DNA of 51,357 nt from a virus (taxonomy: Duplodnaviria > Caudoviricetes). The stretch spans positions 1 to 51,357 of the IMG/VR virus record IMGVR_UViG_3300020045_008814; one strand, written 5' to 3'. The position numbers and the translations under genes were made by a program. Every line of letters begins with the position of its first letter. Positions within the stretch are counted from its first letter, which is position 1. Under the pieces are notes generated by a model. That model saw nothing but the letters and a program-made list of their open reading frames with translations, made no database searches and was not told the origin of the DNA. This document shows positions 9,970-19,126 of this stretch, piece after piece.

Positions 9970-10567
9970 GATAATGAGGAAACTTGATACTCTTGATCTA
10001 AGAATTGATATTAAGAGTTCAGAGATTTCCTCAATTATAAATGAAGAACTGTATAAGTTTATTGATAAGTATTACGCATTATATGAAGATGATGAAAAGG
10101 CAAGGAAAGCATTATCATTACTAACTAAAAATGCAACAATAACCTCATTTACAAATACATCTTCAATAATACCAAATAGTGTTCAAGCAACACTACCAGC
10201 AGATTTATTATACACCACACTTGAATTAGCAACAATTAGTGGCAGTGTAACTAATGTAAAGCCAATAACTCTTGATACATATAAAAGGAATGTGTCTAAT
10301 CCATTTAAGAAGCCATACAATAAGATGGTATGGAGGCTTGAGTTAAGATATGACCCACCTTTGAGTGGATCACAAAAAGCACATACATTAATATCTGATG
10401 GTACAATAACTAACTACACTATTGGATACATTAAAACACCAACAAGATACACAATTGAAGATAATCCAACTTCAGAAATACAAATACCAGAGATTTATCA
10501 ATGGGATCTTATTGATGATGTTGTAGAAAATATAAAAACTATAAAATTATTAAAACAAGAAGTTTAA
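9944..10567 (+). CDS. Tail ring/adaptor protein paralog 3
   Basis: EISSIINE, NPFKKP...VWRL and IGYIKTP...IPEIYQWDLIDDVV motifs. Confidence 0.7.
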   Translation: MNLVRMQYEIMRKLDTLDLRIDIKSSEISSIINEELYKFIDKYYALYEDDEKARKALSLLTKNATITSFTNTSSIIPNSVQATLPADLLYTTLELATISGSVTNVKPITLDTYKRNVSNPFKKPYNKMVWRLELRYDPPLSGSQKAHTLISDGTITNYTIGYIKTPTRYTIEDNPTSEIQIPEIYQWDLIDDVVENIKTIKLLKQEV

Positions 10568-10585
10568 TTTAATTCATTTAAAAAA

Positions 10586-12115
10586 ATGATCGCAGAAAAA
10601 AATCTTACCTATACATACGTAGGTAACGTAGCTAATGGAATAGCAGATGAGGCAAGTTATTTAGATATGGCTAAAGGCTCAATTGCTGTTGTAAGAATGA
10701 CTGACAATAAGAATGAGGAGAGTGCTCTATCTACAACAAATTGTAGAATAATTCAGAGAAAAGCCAATGGTGAATTCGTGTTCTCTCCAGTATTTAACTC
10801 TAGCTTAATTACGTCTAAATCAAAACTTGCTAACTCTGATGATGTTAATCAAGTCTCTTTCTTTGGATGGAATGGTGTGACAAACACATCTACTGGTTTT
10901 GGAACTATAACTGCTGGTGACACATATTCTTTAAGTATTACCCTCAATAACTCTAGGAATACTTACAATAACACTCCAGAGTTAAAAGTTCTTCCATACA
11001 TAGCAATAACTAATACTCAGGTTGCTATGGCTAAGGGATACACTGAAACATTTTTAAGAATGTTTAGTACAATACGTGAACCTAATCCAATTATTAAGTG
11101 CGAAAGAGTGAGTGATACCACAAGTATTGCTGCTCTAACTGGTAGTGCTACAATTTATAAAGTACAAAAAGGCAGTAAAACTGTATATGTGTATACTAAA
11201 GCTGCTGCTGGAGATGCAACATTAACTGCATCAACTGCTAGTGTTACCCTTGGTGATGTAGTATGCTTCCCATCAACAAATCCAACTGCTTATAGCTTTA
11301 GTGCTAGTGTTTTAGGATCAGGTGCTGGTAGACATATAATTTACATAGGAACAACCTCTTATGATATTGCTGATGCTGGCAGTGCATCTCAGAATGGTGA
11401 CGCTATTGTTACAGCTATTAATGCTGGAGTTCAGGCAACTGCATCAAATAACTCTGGAACAGTTACAATTACTTATAATGTTGGAGTTGAAGCTCCTTTA
11501 TTGGTATTGTCAAGTGCTGATGATTCAACATTTGCTCAAATTGCAACTACAGTTGTAACTGGCAATAGTACCCCTGTTAAATATGTTGTTGGCGCCACAG
11601 CAACCACAGCAGCTTCATTTGACTTAGATGTTAAATGGCAGGGTGAAAGTGGTTACTATTATGAAGGAACCAATACTGGTTATAATATTGGTATTGCAAC
11701 TATATCAGGAAATTGGGGATTAAAATTATCTGGTATTCCACAACCATTTGATCCGTTGTATGATACTACTACTCACAGACTAGTTAACTTTGATATTACT
11801 AGTGGTGATTTTGGAACAGTAGTTGAATACAAAGCATCTAGTCCAAAAGTTGGAAATGGTACATACCAATCAGTTGGATACCTTGAGGTTTACAGTCAGT
11901 TTAAGGATAAGTCACCTACAGTAATGGCTAGACCAAGAACTAAATACAGACAGGAAACTGAAGAGTTTGGAAGATATGATATTATTAACTTTGTATTTAA
12001 AACTCAGGTTGACTGGAATATAACTGGTGTGTCAAATGTGTCTTATGTGACTATAAATATAGCTACTAAGAAAGGTTTGGCATATGATGGTTTAGACACT
12101 GTTTTTGCCGTATAA
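10586..12115 (+). CDS. Auxiliary capsid/decoration-like virion protein
   Basis: Beta-rich T/A/S/G-rich 509 aa, C-terminal G.GTY..V..LE motif, position after the ring genes, followed by a terminator. Confidence 0.55.
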   Translation: MIAEKNLTYTYVGNVANGIADEASYLDMAKGSIAVVRMTDNKNEESALSTTNCRIIQRKANGEFVFSPVFNSSLITSKSKLANSDDVNQVSFFGWNGVTNTSTGFGTITAGDTYSLSITLNNSRNTYNNTPELKVLPYIAITNTQVAMAKGYTETFLRMFSTIREPNPIIKCERVSDTTSIAALTGSATIYKVQKGSKTVYVYTKAAAGDATLTASTASVTLGDVVCFPSTNPTAYSFSASVLGSGAGRHIIYIGTTSYDIADAGSASQNGDAIVTAINAGVQATASNNSGTVTITYNVGVEAPLLVLSSADDSTFAQIATTVVTGNSTPVKYVVGATATTAASFDLDVKWQGESGYYYEGTNTGYNIGIATISGNWGLKLSGIPQPFDPLYDTTTHRLVNFDITSGDFGTVVEYKASSPKVGNGTYQSVGYLEVYSQFKDKSPTVMARPRTKYRQETEEFGRYDIINFVFKTQVDWNITGVSNVSYVTINIATKKGLAYDGLDTVFAV

Positions 12116-12123
12116 TTTCAATT

Positions 12124-12170
12124 AAGTGGTTGGGAGTGGTATGTAACTATTCCTGGCCACTTTTTACTTT
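12124..12170 (+). terminator. Putative intrinsic terminator
   Basis: AAGTGG...CCACTT outer stem extended by G-U-rich pairing, followed by TTTACTTT. Confidence 0.6.
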
Positions 12171-12185
12171 AAAAAACACTATATT

Positions 12186-12527
12186 ATGGGTGATAATAGG
12201 AATGTTACAGTTGATAGCGTAAGTAAACACGCTAGTGACTCATTTAATAGCAAAATGTTTGGCCTTGGTGGTACAGTATTACTTACTAGTGCTAGTAATT
12301 ACACTGGCACTACTGGCGAATCTCCAGTTGGTAGCTACACTGGATTTATTGTTGGTGGCAGTGGAGCTACTGTTACAACAATAACTTACAGTGATAAAGG
12401 CAAGCATCTTACGTATACTGGGGAAGATATTAATTCACTTGGTTTTGTAGCTGGACAATTTTTACCACTACACTCACTTATACAGATTAAGATAAGTACT
12501 GGGTCAATTTTACTTTATAAAGAATGA
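12186..12527 (+). CDS. Small beta-rich virion protein (head fibre/decoration-like), hypothetical
   Basis: 113 aa, G/T/S-rich, ends ...IKISTGSILLY. Confidence 0.45.
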   Translation: MGDNRNVTVDSVSKHASDSFNSKMFGLGGTVLLTSASNYTGTTGESPVGSYTGFIVGGSGATVTTITYSDKGKHLTYTGEDINSLGFVAGQFLPLHSLIQIKISTGSILLYKE

Positions 12528-12544
12528 CTTTAAAATAAATAATT

Positions 12545-12658
12545 ATGAATATTAACAATTGTATGTTTAATTTACCAGATGAGAATGAGGGTAATGATGA
12601 TGAGATAAAAGTTCCATTCCCAACATTACCTCCTCCACCACCAACTAAACCTAACTAG
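12545..12658 (+). CDS. 37-aa acidic/proline-rich peptide (not in the ORF track)
   Basis: ATG...TAG reads MNINNCMFNLPDENEGNDDEIKVPFPTLPPPPPTKPN; A-rich leader; fills the gap and ends 1 nt before the next ATG. Confidence 0.55.
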   Translation: MNINNCMFNLPDENEGNDDEIKVPFPTLPPPPPTKPN

Positions 12659-12659
12659 T

Positions 12660-13034
12660 ATGAAAGAGAGAGTATTATTAGTGCTTATATGGTTCTATTT
12701 TATAATGCTTGTATTGTGGAGACTTAATTATTATTATGGCTTCTTATTACCATATAGTGATTTAACTGTTGAGACAATAAGAGCATGGTATTATTCTGTA
12801 AAAGATTTTGGGCCATTACTAATACTCTCTCTCTTATTAGTGAGAGTAGATATTAAGAAATATAAAAGAGAATTACTGGTTTATCTTATTCTTATGTTTA
12901 TTGATGTGTATTATGATATTAATTATTTGATATTTATAAAATCAAGAATAAGTCATGATATATTTAATTACATATACATATTAGTATTATTTACTGGAAT
13001 ACTCTATTCAATAATCCCCAATAGAAAAAGATAG
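12660..13034 (+). CDS. Multi-pass membrane protein (about 4 TM)
   Basis: Four hydrophobic stretches in 124 aa; basic C-terminus. Confidence 0.65.
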   Translation: MKERVLLVLIWFYFIMLVLWRLNYYYGFLLPYSDLTVETIRAWYYSVKDFGPLLILSLLLVRVDIKKYKRELLVYLILMFIDVYYDINYLIFIKSRISHDIFNYIYILVLFTGILYSIIPNRKR

Positions 13035-13038
13035 TAAA

Positions 13039-13371
13039 ATGGAGATGAAGGAAATTATCCTTATTGCCCTACCAATTATAGGCTCCGCTATAGTTACAGC
13101 GTATTTCAGAAAGAATGATGCCTTGGAAAAAAAGGTTGAGGGCAAGCTTGATGAAGATAAATATAAAGAAGATATGTCTAGGGTTTACAAAATTATTGAT
13201 GATGGTAGCAAAGAAAACAAGAATGAGCACAAAGAGCTTGATAATAAAATTGACACAAAAATAAACTCAAGCATAGAGAGGCTTGAGAAATATATTGATG
13301 CCAAAGTTGATCCAATAAAAGAAAGTCTCAAGACTATAACTGAACATATAATGAAAGATAAAAAACAATAA
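13039..13371 (+). CDS. Single-TM coiled-coil protein (holin/antiholin or spanin-like)
   Basis: IILIALPIIGSAIVTAYF followed by a charged coiled coil. Confidence 0.5.
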   Translation: MEMKEIILIALPIIGSAIVTAYFRKNDALEKKVEGKLDEDKYKEDMSRVYKIIDDGSKENKNEHKELDNKIDTKINSSIERLEKYIDAKVDPIKESLKTITEHIMKDKKQ

Positions 13372-13374
13372 GTA

Positions 13375-13902
13375 ATGGCACTAAGTCTTGTATTTACAAT
13401 AACTGAGAAGAGTGATGCATCAAGCTTAAAATTTATTGATGTAACTGGTGATTATAATGCACTTACTAACACTGGTGGTTGGGGTGCCCCAAATACTGGT
13501 AGGAATGAAGTTACTGTATTTCAAATACAATTAACTTTTGATGGTACATTGTATACATATGACTTACCATCAGTTGATGAAGCTGATATAATATCACTTC
13601 AATATGGCATTGATTTAGAGCCAAGTGATTTTGGAATAAGTGAGTTTGCTGATGGTATTTATCAATTTGAAGTCTTGGTAAATGCAATATTAAGTGAACC
13701 AATTGTTGAGGGTTTTGCAGCAATTGTATCTGATAAGGTGTATAAGGATAATCTTAATTACAGACTGTATCTTGACCAAAGCAATAAGTCAAGAATACTT
13801 GAACAGAGCAGATTGCTAGATAATTTAATATCAGCATCAAATGTTGGCTCAACAAATTTCTTTGAAGAAAATTTACAATACTTAGAAAATATATTACCAT
13901 GA
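13375..13902 (+). CDS. Tail hub/fibre-attachment-like structural protein
   Basis: D.TGDY...N.GGWG.PN and FADGIY motifs; precedes the tail fibre genes. Confidence 0.5.
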   Translation: MALSLVFTITEKSDASSLKFIDVTGDYNALTNTGGWGAPNTGRNEVTVFQIQLTFDGTLYTYDLPSVDEADIISLQYGIDLEPSDFGISEFADGIYQFEVLVNAILSEPIVEGFAAIVSDKVYKDNLNYRLYLDQSNKSRILEQSRLLDNLISASNVGSTNFFEENLQYLENILP

Positions 13903-14177
13903 CACAAGTTCAACTTGATAATAGTATTATATCTATTAGAAATGAGTATTTAACTTTAAATAGCAAGTACTTTGATTACGTAAGAATTGGTAGTCAGAGT
14001 ACTGCTTTAAGATACTATGATTCATTATTTGCAGTAAATATACTGCTTAAAGGATTATTGTATTACGCTGAATTAGAAGATAAAGAAAAAACAGATATAA
14101 CTGAGGAAGAAGTGTATTCAGCAATAGCTGAGTGTATTAAGCTTTTAAAACAATCATTAATGTATGAAAAAAGGTAA
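13899..14177 (+). CDS. Small helical protein (tail hub partner-like), hypothetical
   Basis: 92 aa, overlaps both neighbours. Confidence 0.45.
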   Translation: MTQVQLDNSIISIRNEYLTLNSKYFDYVRIGSQSTALRYYDSLFAVNILLKGLLYYAELEDKEKTDITEEEVYSAIAECIKLLKQSLMYEKR

Positions 14178-16665
14178 TTTTCACTTTACTCCACAGACAG
14201 CTTATACTAATGACAACAGGTTTGATGTAGATCCAAATATTGTTGCGCCAGAGGCTTCGTATGAATTTGTAAAGCCTGGTGGTAACCAAATTGCCTTAAA
14301 TGACTATGTGCCAGCAAGTACTGGGGGTGTATTTAATGGTAAAATATCTTATTCATCAGCATTCTCAATAACTAATGGGAATGATATTGTTTATAAGAGT
14401 TGGGTAGAAGACAATATTGGTGATTTAGTTGATGTAAATTTTATATCATTATTTGACCAGAATTTTGCACTAAAGAATTTAACTGATTTAGCTTCATTTA
14501 ACCACGATGATTTAGAGAATATTACAGGTAGTGTTCCTGGACAATATAATCACTTATCTAATGCTGAATATATAATAGCAACAACTGCTTGTGATGGAAT
14601 AAATGATGGTTATATTACAGCAGTTAAATGGACTGAGTTTGATAATAAATTAGACAGCTTAAGCACAGGAAATGGCCTTGATTATAATACTGGAACAATA
14701 TCACTTGTGTTAAATCAGATAGATCATAATCAACTATTAAATTATGAAGCTGATAGGCATTTATTAAGGAATGATAGTGATTCTGGCGTGAATGTGTTGT
14801 GGTCATCAGATAAAATAGCATCATATGTTGCGTCACAGATACCAGCAACTATAACTGACTATGTTAGTAAGAGCATGGGCGGTGAGTATGCTAGTTTAAT
14901 AAAATACGCAGTTGGAATTAACCCAGTATTAACCACAGACATACCTCATAAAAAATATGTTGATGACACAATAGCTTCATCAATAAATACATACGACACA
15001 TCACTATCTGGGAAGTTTGATTCATTTTTTGCCGATAAATCATTAAATCAATTAAGCAATTATCAACACGCATTATTAAGCAGTAAACTTGGTAATGGTG
15101 AATATCACCTATCTCAAGCTGAAGCATTAATAACACAAACACCAGCATCAGGAACTACAAATGGATATTTAACAAGCACTGATTGGTCCGCATTTAGCGG
15201 TAAATTGAGTGCTTTTTCAACAGCTCAGGATACAGAGAGAGTAAATTTTCTTGAATATGAGAGTGGTGTATTATACTACAATACTTCATTAATAGATCAT
15301 AATGTATTACTTAATTATAATATTAATCAGCATAGAGTATTAGATGATTCAACCACATCTGCAACAACTTTATGGTCATCAAGCAAAGTGCTTGAGATGC
15401 TTAATACAGCAACAATAGCTGTAGCTCAATCATATTTTGCAACAGATTCATTAGTTTCTGATCCTAATACTTATTTTAAATTAGTAACAGTTACAAGTGA
15501 TCCAGATTATGATATTACTGAAGGGTCTGCTGATGCTGCTGTTACTGGCGCTGACACTTTCCAAGGAGCATGGACTACTGAAACTCAAACTGTATCTGGT
15601 ATAATAAACGCTACATCAATTAAATGTATATTATATTTATACAAGCTTTCAGGAACAGCAGATGTTCAGTCATATTTTAAAATATTCAAAAGAAGTGCTT
15701 TAGGGGTTGAAACTGAATTATTATCAACTAAAACAACACCAACACCAATACTTACAGGAACCAAGGCTTCATACGAAATAAATGGGTTCTTACCAACAAC
15801 TGTAATGAATACTGGGGATAGGTTTGTATTAAAATTTTATGCTGATAAAATTGGTGCTGGTACAAATCCTACAGTTAGGTATTATTATGGTGGACTTGTT
15901 AATCCAGCTAGATTTGAATTACCTGTATTAATAGCTTCAATAAGTCACGATGCAATAAGTGGAGTTCTTGATGCTGGAACTGGTATATTAAAAGGCCACG
16001 TAAGTAATACTACGCAGGATTTTGAAGGGTCTAAAGGATTTGATGAGATAAGGTTAAATGGCTCTGACTTTAAAATAACTACTGATAATCTATATTATTT
16101 TGGCCAGAATACATCTGAGGGACAATGTTACTCATATTATAGTCAAGGTACCCAAGACTTTTATATTGCTTTGCAAAAAGCTGATACAGAGCAAAGGGAT
16201 TATAGATTTAGTATCAGTGATACATCAAAGAAGATATATATGTCTGCTGATGAATATAATAGTGGTAAAAGATCTGAAATATCACTTGATTATAATTCAG
16301 CATTAATATCAAATGCTACTGGAACATTCTTGAATTCTCAGATAATTTATCCAAACGGGGTATTGACATCAGAGACACCTTTAGATGTTGATGTTACTGC
16401 TAGTGACATGTTTTCATTGCTTGTAAACCAGAATATAACAGCAACAATTATAAATGTAAATGATGAAGATTTTTCAACAAAGATACTTGTAGCTAAAGTG
16501 ACTGTTGGTGGATCTTTATTAACACTTGATGCAAGTTTTGGGTCAGCATTACCTCTTAGTGAACCAATATCATCAACTTTAAATAAGAGAAATATAATTA
16601 CAATAATAAAAGTATATTATAGTGACAATAGTAGTGATATCTTTTACAACAACGTAGTATTATGA
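14164..16665 (+). CDS. Tail fibre-like protein with an internal tandem duplication
   Basis: 833 aa; fibre motifs K.YVD, GYLTSTDW..F..K, DHN.LLNY and LWSS.K each occur twice. Confidence 0.7.
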   Translation: MKKGNFHFTPQTAYTNDNRFDVDPNIVAPEASYEFVKPGGNQIALNDYVPASTGGVFNGKISYSSAFSITNGNDIVYKSWVEDNIGDLVDVNFISLFDQNFALKNLTDLASFNHDDLENITGSVPGQYNHLSNAEYIIATTACDGINDGYITAVKWTEFDNKLDSLSTGNGLDYNTGTISLVLNQIDHNQLLNYEADRHLLRNDSDSGVNVLWSSDKIASYVASQIPATITDYVSKSMGGEYASLIKYAVGINPVLTTDIPHKKYVDDTIASSINTYDTSLSGKFDSFFADKSLNQLSNYQHALLSSKLGNGEYHLSQAEALITQTPASGTTNGYLTSTDWSAFSGKLSAFSTAQDTERVNFLEYESGVLYYNTSLIDHNVLLNYNINQHRVLDDSTTSATTLWSSSKVLEMLNTATIAVAQSYFATDSLVSDPNTYFKLVTVTSDPDYDITEGSADAAVTGADTFQGAWTTETQTVSGIINATSIKCILYLYKLSGTADVQSYFKIFKRSALGVETELLSTKTTPTPILTGTKASYEINGFLPTTVMNTGDRFVLKFYADKIGAGTNPTVRYYYGGLVNPARFELPVLIASISHDAISGVLDAGTGILKGHVSNTTQDFEGSKGFDEIRLNGSDFKITTDNLYYFGQNTSEGQCYSYYSQGTQDFYIALQKADTEQRDYRFSISDTSKKIYMSADEYNSGKRSEISLDYNSALISNATGTFLNSQIIYPNGVLTSETPLDVDVTASDMFSLLVNQNITATIINVNDEDFSTKILVAKVTVGGSLLTLDASFGSALPLSEPISSTLNKRNIITIIKVYYSDNSSDIFYNNVVL
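14302..15402 (+). repeat. Two diverged ~185-aa tandem protein repeats
   Basis: DYVPASTGG (14302) versus DYVSKSMGG (14857), period 555 nt, with colinear conserved motifs. Confidence 0.8.
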
Positions 16666-16668
16666 TAT

Positions 16669-17997
16669 ATGATAGGGAATATGTTAAACTTTTTTTCATT
16701 TCTAAATAGAAATATGAGTACAGCAAAATTAAACACAACATTGGCATTTGATAAAAATAATCCAGTGTTAAAATTCGACTATGCTATAACAAATTATAGC
16801 CCAGTTACAGTAGATCAGAACATAACAGTGCTATCAGATTTAACAGATGCTGTTGATTTTTTTGGTGGTGGTATAATATTTACTGGGGATGGCACTCACG
16901 CTCTTAATATGAGTGGTTACACAAAAATTGGTTCATTAAACTTTGACAATACAACTGATATGATGAATCATATTAGATATTGGAAGGATGGTCCAAGAAT
17001 ATACTACCAAATATTTGATCAACATATACAAGACTCAACAGCACCATTAATACAAAGTGCATTAGCTGGAGCTATAGATGATAGCACAATTGAGCTTACA
17101 TATGATGAGACACTTGATAGCTCTAGTACACCAAGCACAACTGATTATGTTATAACTAAAAATGCTTCACCAGTTACAATAAGTGGAGTTGTTGTGTCTG
17201 GATTAAAAGTAACTATAACTATAGCAACAACAGTATCTGGATTAGACACTATATTACTGAACTACACTCCTGGTGTTAATAAACTAAGAGATTTAGCTCA
17301 AAATAATGCTATTGCGTTAACTAATTACGCAGTTGATTACTTAGCTCAAACAATATTAGATACTCCTGGTGTTGTTAGATATTTTAGTGCTGAAAATAAT
17401 AGCCAATTTACATTAAGTGGAACTGATGTTACTGCTTGGATTGATAAATGTGGTAATAGTAATCTTGAATTTAGTGGTGGATACAGAACATATCAATTAG
17501 CCAATAAGAGGGTATATACATCTGCTACAAACCAGATATTACAATTACCAGCAGATCTGGATTTAAATAATACCTATACAATAGTTCTTTATGAGGATCT
17601 TGACCATAAGAATGCTACAAGTACATTCATGGGGTCAAATACTTCTCCTATAAGATATGTTGGTGATGTTGATACAGATACATATCAGCACGCAACTAAC
17701 ACTGGTGTAGTATCAGCTATAAATTACTATGATCACTCTAATCCTGCTGGATTGAAGAAACATGTTATAAGAAGAGACGGGGCTAATGATGAATGGAAGT
17801 TAAATGGCCAAGCATTAACTAAAACACAGAATGAAATAGGAAGTAATCCTACAGCAAAATTCTTCTTTAGGAATTTAGGATGGAGTACATTTGTTTGTAC
17901 TGGATATACACATGCTGTTGTATTATTCAACAGATCACTTACTGATAATGAAGTAAATATTGTTTTAGGAGAATTAGATGGATTATTAGGGATTTAA
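16669..17997 (+). CDS. Modular adhesin/receptor-binding protein: adaptor + SwmB-type Ig-like repeat + ConA/LamG-like domain
   Basis: DSTAP....A......IELTYDETLD....P...DY...V..V.VSG..VTITI......I.LNYT.....LRDLA.N resembles the SWM repeat; C-terminal VT.W.DK.GN...VVLFNRSLTD.E resembles lectin-like domains. Confidence 0.65.
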   Translation: MIGNMLNFFSFLNRNMSTAKLNTTLAFDKNNPVLKFDYAITNYSPVTVDQNITVLSDLTDAVDFFGGGIIFTGDGTHALNMSGYTKIGSLNFDNTTDMMNHIRYWKDGPRIYYQIFDQHIQDSTAPLIQSALAGAIDDSTIELTYDETLDSSSTPSTTDYVITKNASPVTISGVVVSGLKVTITIATTVSGLDTILLNYTPGVNKLRDLAQNNAIALTNYAVDYLAQTILDTPGVVRYFSAENNSQFTLSGTDVTAWIDKCGNSNLEFSGGYRTYQLANKRVYTSATNQILQLPADLDLNNTYTIVLYEDLDHKNATSTFMGSNTSPIRYVGDVDTDTYQHATNTGVVSAINYYDHSNPAGLKKHVIRRDGANDEWKLNGQALTKTQNEIGSNPTAKFFFRNLGWSTFVCTGYTHAVVLFNRSLTDNEVNIVLGELDGLLGI

Positions 17998-18014
17998 TAA
18001 TTAATGTTTATAGT

Positions 18015-18623
18015 ATGGTTTGGATTATTGAGGATGGGATTGGGAGACTTAGATTAAATAATTTCACTTGGGCTAGTATTGGTGATTCTTTCACTAGCCC
18101 AGGCACTTATCAAGCTGAAGTTGCTAATAGGAGGATAGTTACTGGATTTGTAAATCTTGGTGTCAGTGGAATGACATTAACAACAAATGTTCATAGCGCT
18201 GGAATGAATAGTAAAGTTGCTTTGGCTGTTGGTTATGATTTAATAACAATACTTGGTGGTACAAATGACTGGTATTTTGATATTCCATTAACTGAGATAG
18301 AAACATATACTAGAGCAATTATTACTGGAATTAGAGCTAGTAGCCCATCATCAAATATTTTATTCATACTTCCAGCATATAGGTCAAGAAATCAAGCTGG
18401 TGGACAAGAAACAACTCCAATAAATAATCTTGGATTAACCATAAGAGAATATGGTTTAAAGATTCAAGAAGTATGTGTTGATGAAGGTGTTTACTATTTA
18501 AACTTATATAATGCTGATGGGCTTATGTATTATGATATGCCAACATGGAGTGATGATGGTTTACATCCAAATGCAGTAGGATATGCAGCTATAGGTAAAT
18601 TAATAGGTGATTACCTTACTTAG
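18015..18623 (+). CDS. SGNH/GDSL esterase (possible polysaccharide de-O-acetylase)
   Basis: Blocks GDSFT, NLGVSG, GGTND and DGLHPN are all intact. Confidence 0.9.
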   Translation: MVWIIEDGIGRLRLNNFTWASIGDSFTSPGTYQAEVANRRIVTGFVNLGVSGMTLTTNVHSAGMNSKVALAVGYDLITILGGTNDWYFDIPLTEIETYTRAIITGIRASSPSSNILFILPAYRSRNQAGGQETTPINNLGLTIREYGLKIQEVCVDEGVYYLNLYNADGLMYYDMPTWSDDGLHPNAVGYAAIGKLIGDYLT

Positions 18624-18628
18624 CATAA

Positions 18629-18658
18629 TTTGTTGTAATAAATATTTGATTATATTTG
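18629..18658 (+). promoter_or_regulatory. Bacteroidota housekeeping-type promoter (-33 TTTG / -7 TAnnTTTG)
   Basis: TTTG at 18629-18632 and TATATTTG at 18651-18658 (18-nt spacer), 21 nt before the ATG at 18680. Confidence 0.55.
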
Positions 18659-18679
18659 CATAGTATAAAAATATTTATT

Positions 18680-19126
18680 ATGAATAAAGAAGTGGCAGTA
18701 AAATTTAAATTAAGCTTGAGTTACAATTTATGGGAATTAATATATTCCTATGAAGCTTTAGAATCTGGTCTATTAAATGATCAATTAAAGATACCAGAGA
18801 AGTATATATTGAACTTAAAGAGATTATGTGAAAACATAATTGAGCCAGTGAGGAATAATGTTTGTAAGCCAGAAATAAGAGTTGGCTATACATGCAGAAA
18901 ACTCTCTGGCTTATTGCATTATAAACAGTTTGATGATGATTATTTTATCAAAGGTAAAGGATGTGTTCTATTCTTTACTGATAAAGAGAAGTTGAAAGAT
19001 GCTTATAATTACATCAAAAACAACTGTAAATTTGAGCTTATTCATATGAATATAGATAATAATACAATTGAAGTGATTTATGACGAATTTTCAAATAAAA
19101 AACAAGAATGGCAACAAGAAGTTTAA
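18680..19126 (+). CDS. Peptidase M15A-family homolog, catalytically degenerate (likely start is the ATG at 18680)
   Basis: KLS..Y.L.EL..S..A...G, NL.RLCENIIEPVR, GY.C..L and YI.NN..F scaffold matches the family, but the SxH, AAD and WVH zinc motifs are replaced. Confidence 0.7.
   Translation: MNKEVAVKFKLSLSYNLWELIYSYEALESGLLNDQLKIPEKYILNLKRLCENIIEPVRNNVCKPEIRVGYTCRKLSGLLHYKQFDDDYFIKGKGCVLFFTDKEKLKDAYNYIKNNCKFELIHMNIDNNTIEVIYDEFSNKKQEWQQEV

Noticed and set aside
13128-13139. dnaX-like A AAA AAG slippery site followed by a -1 frame TGA
   Set aside because: Expected by chance in Lys/Glu-rich, AT-rich coding DNA; no stimulatory hairpin or upstream Shine-Dalgarno element seen.
14164-18623. Diversity-generating retroelement or invertase-driven shuffling of tail fibre genes
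   Set aside because: No reverse transcriptase, recombinase or near-identical DNA repeat pair is visible; the fibre repeats are diverged at the DNA level.
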